This document shows positions 47,742 through 58,577 of a stretch of DNA of 64,000 nt, piece by piece. The number at the start of each line of letters is the position of its first letter. The first letter of the stretch is position 1. The notes beneath the pieces are model-generated. The model had not been told where the DNA came from, searched no databases, and saw only the letters and a program-made list of their open reading frames with translations. A program made the position numbers and the translations under genes. The DNA comes from Hamiltosporidium tvaerminnensis FI-OER-3-3 (Eukaryota > Fungi > Microsporidia), in assembly GCA_022605425.2 (NCBI GenBank), contig JAKIMF020000001.1, positions 1,550,001-1,614,000 of the forward strand, given 5' to 3'.

Positions 47742-48953
47742 ATGGGATTCGATGCTTTTAAATTGCAAAACGAAATGATTAAAGTTTTGAAAGAAATGAA
47801 TTATGATGAACCGACACAAATACAGAAGAAAACAATACCAGTAATTCTTAAAAAGAAGGATATTTTGGCTATTTCAAAAACCGGAACAGGAAAAACACTA
47901 GCATTTGTTATTCCAATAATAAATTCATTATTGAAAAAACCAAGATCTTTTCATTCTATCATTATGACACCTACTAGAGAATTGGCACTACAAATAAAAG
48001 AGGTTTTGATATCTCTTGGATGTTCTTTTGGAATAGAAGTAGCGCTTCTTATAGGCGGTGATGATATGGTGATTCAAACTATGAATATAAATAGAAAACC
48101 ACATGTTATTGTAGGAACTCCTGGTCGAATAGTTGATCATTTAGATAGAACCAAAAAATTTTGTCTATCAAAAACAAAAATGCTAGTTTTAGACGAAGCA
48201 GACAAACTTTTAGAAATGGATTTTGAAAATGAAATAAAGAGAATCAAGGATGAAATCAACGAAGAAACACAAATATTACTTTTCAGTGCTACAATGACGA
48301 AGAAAGTTGAAAATATTTCAAAAATTACTTTGAATCAACCTTCCATCATTCAGCTTTCAAGTAAATATGATACGGTTGATCTTTTACAACAAAAATATTT
48401 ATTTTTACCTCTAAAATTCAAAGAAACATTTTTATATTTTATTTTAGTTGAAAATAAATTCAAAAAAATCATTATTTTCGTTAATAGCTGTTCAAATTGT
48501 AAAATCATTTCTAAAATGTTGGAGGAACTTAATTTTGATTGTGTTTCATTATTTGGGGAAATGAAACAAGAGAAAAGAACAGAAGCACTTAATATATTTA
48601 AATCTAAAGATACAAACATTCTGGTTTCGACAGATGTTTCTTCAAGAGGTATGGATATTCCAGAAGTAGAATGTGTATTAAATTATGATGTTCCCGAAAA
48701 CGGAAAAGATTACATCCATAGAATTGGCAGAACTGCTAGAGCAGGTGCCGGTGGACTTGCACTTACATTTGTTACTCAATATGATTTAGAAAAATACCAG
48801 AAAATTGAACATATAATTTCTAAAAGACTAGAAAGTTACAATTTAAATCGAACTGCAGCTGAAACGCACCATGAAAAAATATCTAAATTAATCAAAACAA
48901 TATATATTGAATTAAAAGATTTAAAAAACGGAAAGAAAAAAATAAAGAAATAA
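47742..48953 (+). CDS. RRP3: DEAD-box RNA helicase Rrp3/DDX47
   Basis: TGTGKT, PTRELA, GGDDMVIQ, KPHVIVGTPGRIVDHL, DEADKLL, SAT, HRIGRTARAG and ALTFVTQYDLE (Rrp3-type). Confidence 0.85.
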   Translation: MGFDAFKLQNEMIKVLKEMNYDEPTQIQKKTIPVILKKKDILAISKTGTGKTLAFVIPIINSLLKKPRSFHSIIMTPTRELALQIKEVLISLGCSFGIEVALLIGGDDMVIQTMNINRKPHVIVGTPGRIVDHLDRTKKFCLSKTKMLVLDEADKLLEMDFENEIKRIKDEINEETQILLFSATMTKKVENISKITLNQPSIIQLSSKYDTVDLLQQKYLFLPLKFKETFLYFILVENKFKKIIIFVNSCSNCKIISKMLEELNFDCVSLFGEMKQEKRTEALNIFKSKDTNILVSTDVSSRGMDIPEVECVLNYDVPENGKDYIHRIGRTARAGAGGLALTFVTQYDLEKYQKIEHIISKRLESYNLNRTAAETHHEKISKLIKTIYIELKDLKNGKKKIKK

Positions 48954-49379
48954 AAAAAAACGGTTTTAATATATTTCTCACATTCTTGCATTATATAGTA
49001 AATAATTTAATCTAATGATTGATTTTTCAAAAACAGCTCTTAAATGTATTCGTTTATTTAAGAGGAAAACATTTTTTACCAGTATATTTACTATTTTGTT
49101 ACTTTAAGATTTTGAAGACTAAATATGGAAAATTAATTGAGCTGACAAAATCTAAACATTAAATCAAAAATATTTAAAAAAAAGCAATAAATACTAAAAA
49201 AAGAAAATTCTTTAAATTGATTATTGTCTACAATTAAATTTTTAAATTAACAAATATAAACCAATTTGAAGTCTAATTTTTTTCAAAATATTCTTTTTAA
49301 TAATTCGATAAAATAATTAAAAAATTTATTTTTTGCTGATTAAGTATAATTAATTTGTACATAAATCCCGTAACTAATT

Positions 49380-51172
49380 TAAAAAAAAATAAGTTTGGGC
49401 ACTTTTCCCCCTTTGTATATATTCAACTATTCTCTAACAATTCCACATTTTCGCAACTGACTCTTCGTTTACGTTTATTGACAGTTTCTCAATTGTAATC
49501 ACATCATTTAAAATAGAGGTTATGTTATTCTCTATATTTACTGGATACATTCAATCTTACCCTTATTCACTTGCTTTAAATATCATGTCGGTTGTTTTGC
49601 ATCTTAACCACTATTATAATACCCAATGCCCGCTCTAATGGCTCTATAAGGCATCTGTTTCACTTTCAAATCGTCTTCGACGATCAAAGGAAATTTTTTC
49701 AACTTTTTTTCTGGGTACTATGCTTGAATATATGGCTCAGAATCCAAATTTCTTTATAGTATCTGAAGTTATTTTAGTTATTCTTATTCGTATCTTAATA
49801 CAATATCGATTCAATTTATCATATAATCAACTATACTCCCGTTGAAATAACAAATAAGACTTAAATTCTTTATTTATGAGTTATTTCTCTCCGTTTTCAT
49901 CATTTTAACTAACTCTTGGGAGGTTTTTTATACTATGATGAGGGTTATATTAATCTGCCACTTGTCTAAAGCCAAAATATGGTGCCTAACCTTCCAAATC
50001 TTGTAATTATTTTGAATTCTTGTATTCTTCTATCCAAAATGCTTTTTATCAAGAATATTCTTGATCGAATGACTCCTAATTTACTTTGAAGACTTAAAAT
50101 CATATATATTTCATTCTCGGCTCTACAGCCATACACAAGCCTTAGACTTTCGGAGTAATGGTGCTCATCTATTTTTTTCTTTAACCACGCCAAGTAGTTT
50201 TCTAATTTTCTGTTCGGGTCGTTTACCTTTTTGTATTTTGTAACAAGGTGGTTTTAACTGTGGGTTTTTAGCGCTTCGCCAAACCTCAACCGGAGGACTA
50301 GTCCCTTTTAGCCGCCTCTTACGGCAAGCAGGGAATAATCCAAAATATTTCTGCTCCCGGTATGGTGGGATCAAAAACATATCTATTTAATAAGTTTAAA
50401 TGTATACATAGTGCTACCTCATTGCGTCAATTGATAGATTCAAGCTCAAATATTATTTATTGCTTCTTTGCTAAGTGATAACTGTTTTCTAGATTGATAG
50501 CTATGTTGACACCCAATCTCTTCAATTTCATAACTTTATTTCTATTTTTATTATAACAGAATATTGCTTTATAATCAGTCATGCATATCATGTTTTTAAA
50601 CATCTAGAGGATTTGTTTACACTCAGTACCCAAAATTTTCCTTGATTATATTATTCAACCCCGTTTTTCTGTTTTCTTAGTTTATTAAAGACTTAACTAA
50701 TCGAAATTTTAATAATATCACCAATTGATTTCATCTACATCCCCATGATTTTTTCAAGAAGTCTTTTTTTTTACTGCAAGAAGGTTGTATTCGTATTTTA
50801 TACCTTTAGAATTTTTGCTATTCAGCCAATGTTTCTTTAAATTTTTTAGACAATTCAAGATTCAAAATCATATGTTTGTTTCCGAAATTTGCGCTATGTA
50901 AGCCCATCCAAGCTCTGTTCCGAGAGGTACAAATTCTTTTTTTTTAGACGTTAGTATTCGTTGTTTTCATTTGCACCACACACATTGCATCATATAACTT
51001 TGTAAAGTCCCCAGGTTATAGTCAAATTACCTTTATACTAACGTAACTTAACGATATTTAGTGTTAATTTGACTCTTAAAATGAATTTATTGTATTTGAT
51101 ATCGGAAAAACTCTCTCTTAGTGCTATCAGATTAATATTTACTTTCTTAAATGACTAACATGTCGGGATTAA
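49380..51172 (-). mobile_element. Degenerate 5'-truncated R4/Dong-like non-LTR fragment, interrupted by a SINE
   Basis: The reverse complement matches 55430-56930: aatcccgacatg~aatcccaacacg, cggaacagagcttggatgggcttacatag~agaacagaacttggaagaggcttacatag, taagtcttcaaa..aggagtcattc, tttgatcgtcgaagacga. Confidence 0.8.
50112..50372 (-). mobile_element. ~260-bp RTE-derived bipartite SINE with target-site duplication
   Basis: Minus strand carries RTE 5'-UTR-like motifs (ttccctgcttgccgtaagaggcggctaaaaggg; gtcctccggttgaggtttggcg...ctaaaaaccc) and an RTE 3'-like ggctgtagagcc. It is flanked by a 14/16-identical direct repeat (50096-50111 and 50373-50388), and the R4 host sequence resumes across it. Confidence 0.7.
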
Positions 51173-51201
51173 TTAGTTATTTTTATTATATAAGATATTT
51201 A

Positions 51202-51927
51202 AGGTGGGGGGATAATCCCATTAATAACTTTCTGCTTGGCAATGAGTATATGAAACTAATGTGAGGTCATTGTTTGGATTTTTGGTGGGAATAAAACACC
51301 AATACACTTTTTTGTTCCATGGGAGTTGTTATGAGGAGGAGAGGTCTAAGAAATGGTGAAACTTTTTCTACAAATTTATTTGTAGTTTTTTATGTAACCA
51401 GATTGCAGACTACAGCTGAACATGTAGATAATTGCCATGTAAAAGCATTGAAACCTAGCCTTGCTCACTCGGTTTAGATGACTTAGCGCCTGGGAGATAT
51501 AAAACAAAGAACCATTTAAAGCCAGAAACGCTAAGTAGCAGGTTATACCTGTTGGTATGACATTGCACTGTCTAGTTGGACTCCATGTAAGTCTCTGAAG
51601 TATATCTTAGCTAGAAGTTTATTGGGTTCAGAAAGTGTAGAGTAAGTAGGAATGCTGCATGGTCTCGGTGGAACGCAGGGGGGGGTTCGGCCTTCGATCA
51701 CACTCCATGCATTGGACATTAACGAAAACCAGGCAACTGCCTCGCCTATAAATTAGGTTCTACACACCCGGTAGATGAAAGGCTTTGGGACGTAGGTATC
51801 GCAGGGGTTACCGATGGAGTGTTGGGGTAGCAGTCATTTATGTTAAACCTAGAACTGCGTTAATGTCATGAAACCAAATATAACTCTTGCCATTATTTTA
51901 AAAAAGATGTGATACTTTTAAATAAAG
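51202..51927 (+). repeat. Copy 5 (best-folding) of the ~700-nt structured element; candidate ncRNA
   Basis: Inverted pairs 51237-51251/51878-51892, 51282-87/51297-302, 51368-74/51379-85, 51481-88/51529-36, hairpin 51536-54, 51557-64/51862-69, 51700-08/51814-22. Confidence 0.92.
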
Positions 51928-52029
51928 AATACTTTTTGATTAAAAAATAAAAATTAAAAAAATAATTTATTCATTATAAAATTAACTTCCATATCAATCT
52001 CTTTTTCGGGTAAAAATATCAAAGAGAAA

Positions 52030-53160
52030 AAATAAGATTTTTATGTAGGTGAAACACCGGAATGTTTAAAAAGCGAAAATGACAATGTTTTGAAGTGTAT
52101 TGAGGAAAAATCGAGATCACATAATGGAAATCTTCCACTAACCACCATTCTAACTCTGAGAAAACAAAAATTTTCTAATAAAGATCGATAATGCATATTT
52201 GCAAAGACATTATAAGGCTATTCTATGTATGCGATTGCCTCAATGTATCGAATAAATCACCAGACAGTAAATAGTATTGTTTGAAGACATTTTAAAACTG
52301 GCCTAGTATTTGTCAAGAAAAGAAGTGGTGATAGGCGCTCAATACTAACTTTTAAATAAAAGAGAGCTTACAAACCTATGTTGATTTGCAGTGTACAAAA
52401 ATCCTCTATGAGTTGGCAGAATGAGTCAAATGTACATTATATGTTGATGTGTCAATTAGTATAATTGATCGCACATTAAGGTTATTCCATTACATTCAAA
52501 GCGGGTACCATTGCTGGCTGTGTTAGAAATTTACTTTATACAATTTAGCTAAGAACTAATTACGCAACAAGTTTCGTGAGTTTGAGGTTGATAACGATTA
52601 CAACAATTTTTTCTTTTTAGTTTAAATTGGGTTTGCAGTGGTAATACGCCCCAGCAGAGGTCGTAATATGAGAAGTTAATGTGCATACTTATCTGTAACT
52701 GCAGCCCGAAGTAGAAATATTTCAGTAGTCTCAGCAATGAACAAACATGGTATGATATACCATAAGATTCATGAGAGGAGTGTAAATGAAGGAAACTTGA
52801 AATTATTCATCAGAGAGAGTAATAAAAGTTTTTAACGGCACGAAATTTTGACCCAAATATTTGTAATGAACAATGCGAGAATTCATCACTATCGTGGATT
52901 GAATGATGAAGGGAAAATTGCTTTGTATCCAATAAAATATCCTCCACCTTACTCTCCATTTCTTAATCTAATTAAGAATGTATTCTTAGTCTGTAAAAAT
53001 AAAGTAATGCAGGTAGTGTTTGTACTGAGCCTCAGTTAAGAATATTAATTTGTAAAAAACTCAATAAGATAAAAAGAGAACATTGTAGTTTTTTTACCGT
53101 AAAATGTTAGGGTATTTGCAAAAGGCTATAGGAAGGCAAGTGATTCTCGAATAATTAATT
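52030..53160 (+). pseudogene. Tc1/IS630-type (DD34E) transposase relic
   Basis: FVMNNARIHH...YPPPYSPFLNLIKNVF (cf. MDNARIH...LPPYSPFLNPIE). Upstream HTH-region remnants (KKRSGDRRS) are full of stops. Ends are approximate. Confidence 0.75.
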
Positions 53161-53185
53161 TCAATACCATTTATAATTTTATCTT

Positions 53186-56100
53186 ATGGGTAGAAAGAAA
53201 AATGTTAGCAGCGAAATATCTAAAAATACCAAAATAAAGGCTGCAAACGACGCTGATGAGGTGAAGAAGAGTGATAGTGAGGTACAAAAATGTAAGCTAC
53301 ACCCACCGGCGATTTCCCTACCTTCCTCCTCCTACACAACAATAACACCTCCACCAAGCCAAACATGCTGTAAAATGCAAAATAGTGGGCTTGACACCTT
53401 ACCTTCGCCTAATGCACCAGTTCCCTCTTCGGTTGAAGTCTCTGCGTGCGAGCCATCGTACGACATGACAAGCACCTGTACTCTAGCTATTCCGGAAGGT
53501 AACAGGCTAATGGCATTGCGGTCGATATTCGATTCCGTAACAGCCGACCCGAAGGAATGGCCTCGAATTGTTTTTTTTGCAGTACAGACAAGGTTTGAAA
53601 GAATGCCATGAAATGGCTGGACAGAGCTTCACAGGTACTATATAGAGAAATTCGGCTGCACTGGAACTCTCGAAGTGTTAAAAAAATTGGCACAAAGTGA
53701 GATGGGAAAGGAAGTAAAATCAGAAGAGAATGGAGAGCGACGTAGAATCGCCACTTGTCCTGCTGATACATGCACCTTGACCGACACCACGGAGTACATA
53801 AACCTGAGAGATAAATTCTTGAGTAAAATCAAAGAAATCTCGGAGAAGGAAATTGGAAAAGTGGTGGTCCGAACTAGAAAACATCCAAATGAATTGGTTG
53901 ATAGTAAAGTTCTGGATCTCATTAATCGATTAGTCGGTGAATATGCAGGAGTTCATGTACCTGAGTCAATTACGGAAGCCGCGTATATCATGCAAGCTGC
54001 GCAGATATGCTATGACGAGGCAACACGTAAAGAGAAGCCTAGATCCGCTTGGAAGGAAAACATAGAAAGTAAAATTCTAAGTTAGTACTTTCCAAAGATC
54101 TTCTCGGGATGGCTCGTAGGCAGAAAAAACTCTCCACTTCGGAAACGAAGAGCCTTAAGAAAATCATGCAAGAGTTTAATTTAAACTTAGGCAGAGTAAC
54201 TGATCTTTCTGAGGCTTTAGTCAAGAAGAATGAGTCTTTGAATGTGTACGAGAAAAAAATTACGATGCATGAAAGTAGTAAGTAATTCCGAAAAGAGAAT
54301 CGTATGTTTGAGCTTTTCCGAGGTCGATTTTATCGTGGGTTATCTGAGGGTGTGGAATCCGAGTATGTGGTTAGTCGTGATGAAATTGAAAGTTTTTGGT
54401 CGACAATGTGGAACAAAAATGATGACACAGTTACGTATGATGATTATTTGATTCCATTTGTATCAGATAATCATCCGACCACGTTTCCTTCACTTGATGA
54501 ATTTGTAAATATCATTAATTGGCTCCCTAATTGGAAAGCTGCTGGAATTGATGGTATTTACAATTTTTCATTAAGAAACTTACAACTCTTCACAAATATA
54601 TTTATGATATTGTTTAAGTTATATGTTTAGAAGGAACAACTCAAGCTGATTGGTTTTACTGCGGGCTTACCTATTTGATACCCAAAGGAATTCCACGAAG
54701 AGGCTCTGACTACAGGCCAATCACTTGTATGTCCAACCTCTATAAGTTAACGACAAAGTGTGTAACGAAAGTCGTTCAAGTTGAAGTGGAAAGGCGAGGG
54801 TTGCTTGCAGAGAACCAATTAGGGGCGGTAAGAGGTGTGCAGGGAGCGAAAGAGCAGGCTCTACTAAATATTGCCCTAAATAAAGAGTACGGAAACAATC
54901 TTAAAGTAACATGGATTGATGTTAAAAAAGCTTATGATTCAATAGATCATGCTTATTTAACTCAATGCACTGAAAACCTTAATTTACCTAATTGGATCCT
55001 GAAATTTATTAAGGTAATTATATCAAAATGGAAAATTGATATATCAGTAGGGCCTGAAAAAATCATAAGCAAGAATATTGATAGAAGGATTCTACAAGGA
55101 GATAGTTTGTCACCATTGTTATTTGTTTTGTGTATGGATCCATTAAGCCGAAAGCTTAATGAAAAATACACAAAAGTGACAGTACAAACAGATGCAGAAT
55201 CCCATTCTACTAATCATCTCTTGTTTCTTGATATCTCAAGCTCCTTGCTAAAGACAGTTTGACATTGAGTGCTATGACAGACGAGGCAAAAGAATTTTTA
55301 GAGGTGATTGGCTTGGAGATTAACAAAGAGAAGTCAGCTACAAATGATAAGTGTTGTGGAGATACTGCTACTTTTCTAGAAGGTGTTAGTGTTTACAAAT
55401 ATTTAGGACTAATAGAAGACAGCAGAGGAATCCCAACACGTAGCTGATTTGAAGAAGTACAAAGCAAACTTATATCAAGAGTTTAAAGTTTTTTTCAGAC
55501 TAGATTAAATGCAAAAAATTTATTTTCTGCAATCAATCAACACTCGATATGTTGATCAATTATCATTTAGGAGTATTTCGACTTGAACCGGCTGACTTCT
55601 CTAAGTTAGATGATGCAGTGCGTGCGGTGTTGGTGAAGAATAAGATACATCTCCGCCCAGGATGTAAAGAGCGTTTATACCTTCCTAGAACAGAACTTGG
55701 AAGAGGCTTACATAGTGTTGAGTTGCGAAGCGAACATATGCTTCTGCAACTCTTGGATTGTCTGGAAAAAAGTAAAGAAATATCAACTAGACGAGCAACA
55801 ATCCTCAAGGTGGAGAATAATAATAAAATCCATCTTGCACTAATAAAAGGCTTCTTAAAAGTAAAGTACAGGTTGGTAGAAGAATTCGCCAAGAAAAGTT
55901 TAAAAGAAGATCAACTTGCAAAACTATATAACGAAATAGAAAAACGAAAACTCCATTCAAAGTTATATAATGCAAGGAAAAATGAGCTTGTAAGTGTTAG
56001 TGACTCTTCAAGATGGCTAAAGAGAGGAAATATTAGGCCACGAAATGAAGCTGTGTTCTGCTATATCCAAGATAGAAATATATTCTGGGGAGCAGATGGT

Positions 56101-56990
56101 GTGTGTCAACATTGCGGGAAGTCTGGTAAGACTGTAGATCATCTAGCAACTAGATGTGAAAAAATGCTAGGCCATGATTACACTAGACGGCATAATGAAG
56201 TGGTTAGATGCCTACACCTACTTCTTCTAAATAGATATAAGTTTAAGTCTTCCAAACGAATAAGGAGCCACTCAGTTCAAGAAATTCTTGATAATGAGTA
56301 TGCAGAGATAAGAGTGGACACCAGAATAAAAACAGATGTTAAAATTCGGAATAACAGACCGGACATATTTATTTTAGATAAGAAGAAGAATAAGATAACA
56401 CTCATTGAAGTAGGAATCACTTCCCAAGATTCACTTCAAATAGTTGAAACTGAAAAACTTAGAAAGTATGACCTGCTAGCCAATGAGTTGGGTCTTATTT
56501 AGAGTGTAGTTTTGAGACAAATTCTTATGTGATGACCTGGGAAGGTATTGTGACAAAATACTATAAATCTTATCTTAAAAGACTAGAAATACCCATGAAT
56601 GTAGAGGTATATATTCAGTCTATAGTACTTAAGAAGACAAACAATTTACTTTGACCGACGAAGAGGACTTGAGTCAGGACTAAATGCCGAAGAGAGCTGG
56701 AAGAGAGCGTCAATTGATCTTATTATGAGAGCCGAGATGCATGAGGAACCAACACTCTTTTTTAAAGAAGCGAAGAGAGAGGAAGATGGTGCAAAAAATT
56801 TAAAACCGAAAAATAAATCACCCTTATTTCACAAGGAGGAACCACTTTAGAGGAACCGACCAATAACATAAATGAAGAGTCGGATTTGGAAGAAGAGACA
56901 ATAGTGGTTAAAGAGGTAGAAGAAAACATATAAAAATGTTAAAAAAAATATTTTAACCCAGAATTTTATTAAATAAAATAATTTTATCTT
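53186..56990 (+). mobile_element. Near full-length R4/Dong-like RLE-type non-LTR retrotransposon with a disrupted ORF
   Basis: RT motifs NWKAAGIDG, IPKG...DYRPITC, WIDVKKAYDS, LQGDSLSPLLF, HLLFLD(D) (frameshift at the catalytic motif) and YKYLG. CCHC knuckle CQHC...HLATRC, RHN and RPD...IEV...K..KY endonuclease. Several stops and frameshifts. Confidence 0.92.
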
Positions 56991-57004
56991 TAAATTTTTA
57001 TTTT

Positions 57005-57140
57005 CTAAAAAAATTATTATATTTTTTGCGACAATTATGATTCTGATTGAAAAATTATTATATTGATTGCAAGGATTATGATATTGATCGAAAAATTATA
57101 ATATTAATTACAAATATTATGATAAATATCGAAAAACCCT
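57005..57140. repeat. Degenerate ~40-bp tandem repeat x 3 just 3' of the retroelement
   Basis: aaaaattattatatt....gc.a..attatgat....at.g is repeated three times. Confidence 0.6.
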
Positions 57141-58577
57141 ATAAATAAACTTGAATATTATTTTAGACTAAATTGCGTTTAGTCTGGTTGATCAAATGTT
57201 ATGTGACAAAGCGAATTAAAACAAGGTTCTTCTTTAATAAGTAACTTAAATACTTATTTCTGTCGAAGTTTACTTTTCTGTTATAATATGAAAAAAAAGA
57301 CTCAGATTTATTCCGATGTAAGCTTTGTACTAACATTTCTTTGGTCTTTTAATCTTTCACAAAAATTATGTTTGAATCATTCTATTTCAATAAGTATAAG
57401 TTACTCTATTTGCTCTGCAATACATCCAGCAACGTTGTGTAATCCAAAGTTTAAATTATATGCAGGGTCATTAATTTTTGAGAAATTACTTAATCTTTTC
57501 ATTTTTTTCTTTATATCTGTAAGAAATTCGAATTATATAGAATTGGTTTAAAGATTGAATGATTTTAAAACTAGCTGAAATTCAATTTTCCGACTTTCAC
57601 ACAAATTTCACACACATATCATTGAACGATGTATTTTAGCGTGGTTATCATCTCTTAATTTTGTTCTGATTTAACTATCTGAAATTAAAAAAACTGATGG
57701 TTCGAATCAAGATTAGATTATGATTTACACGATGCCAAATTTAAAAAATAGCTTGATATTGAACATTTATGAATTTAACATAAAAATTATTGTTAATTCG
57801 ACATTATATTACAAGTAAGCGCCCTATTAGTAAACTGAAACCAAATAAAACCTAATTTTTTTTGGAAATGATTTATTGTCCGTAAATTTCGTGCAAATAT
57901 TATCAAGCTATTCTGGCATGGAATAGTATTACCAATAAAACTATAGTATGTAGCTTTGAAGTTCCTAAATACACTAAGAAAATAAACTTATATTTTGTCA
58001 ATAATACTTATAAAACAGACTGAACTATTTTTTTGAGTTAATAAGTATATTAGAGTCGAAATGAAAATATATTTTTCATAAAAGGCTTTAAAGGAAGTAA
58101 TAGTTAAACGATCCGGTAATTCAACTCCTATCTATTACATACAAACTGCCCAAAATAAGTTTCAAGAAAGTAAAATTATATTTATGGATACTCTATTTAG
58201 GAATAAAATAAAATAAAATGATGAATTTCGTTGAAATTGTGTGAGTTTGAATTTACTAAGCTAACATAATAAATCATAACAGTGATAATAGATAAAAAAC
58301 AACAAACTGAAGAGCGAAATTTCCCAGCATTAAATTATAATAATTTGACTGAATCTAGCATAATATGAAAAACAGATATGAACTTTAATAAATGTGCAAT
58401 ATACTAATAAAAACAAAGAAAAATTACTAATAATATAGTTATGTACAGAAATGCATAAATATAAAAGCTTTATCAAATAATTGGTTTTTTTGTTAAATCA
58501 TTTGTTTTCAAAATTAGATACCGTTTTGAATCATACAGTTTTAAATTTTGTTTATAAAAAAAGATACTTGTTTCAGA

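Noticed and set aside
51340-51620. Group I intron or RNase P identity for the repeat (CAGACTA; reverse-strand AAGATATA and TTCAGAGACT; GAGGTCT...CAGACT)
   Set aside because: The R- and S-like words are in the wrong order, there are no P/Q elements, and GTCT/AGAC is explained as a simple local stem. No group II domain V or hammerhead CTGATGA...GAAA core is conserved across copies.
51202-51927. The repeat as a classical MITE or solo LTR
   Set aside because: The end-pairing stem is short, bulged and ~35 nt inside the boundaries. I saw no consistent TSD or TG...CA termini. Not fully excluded.
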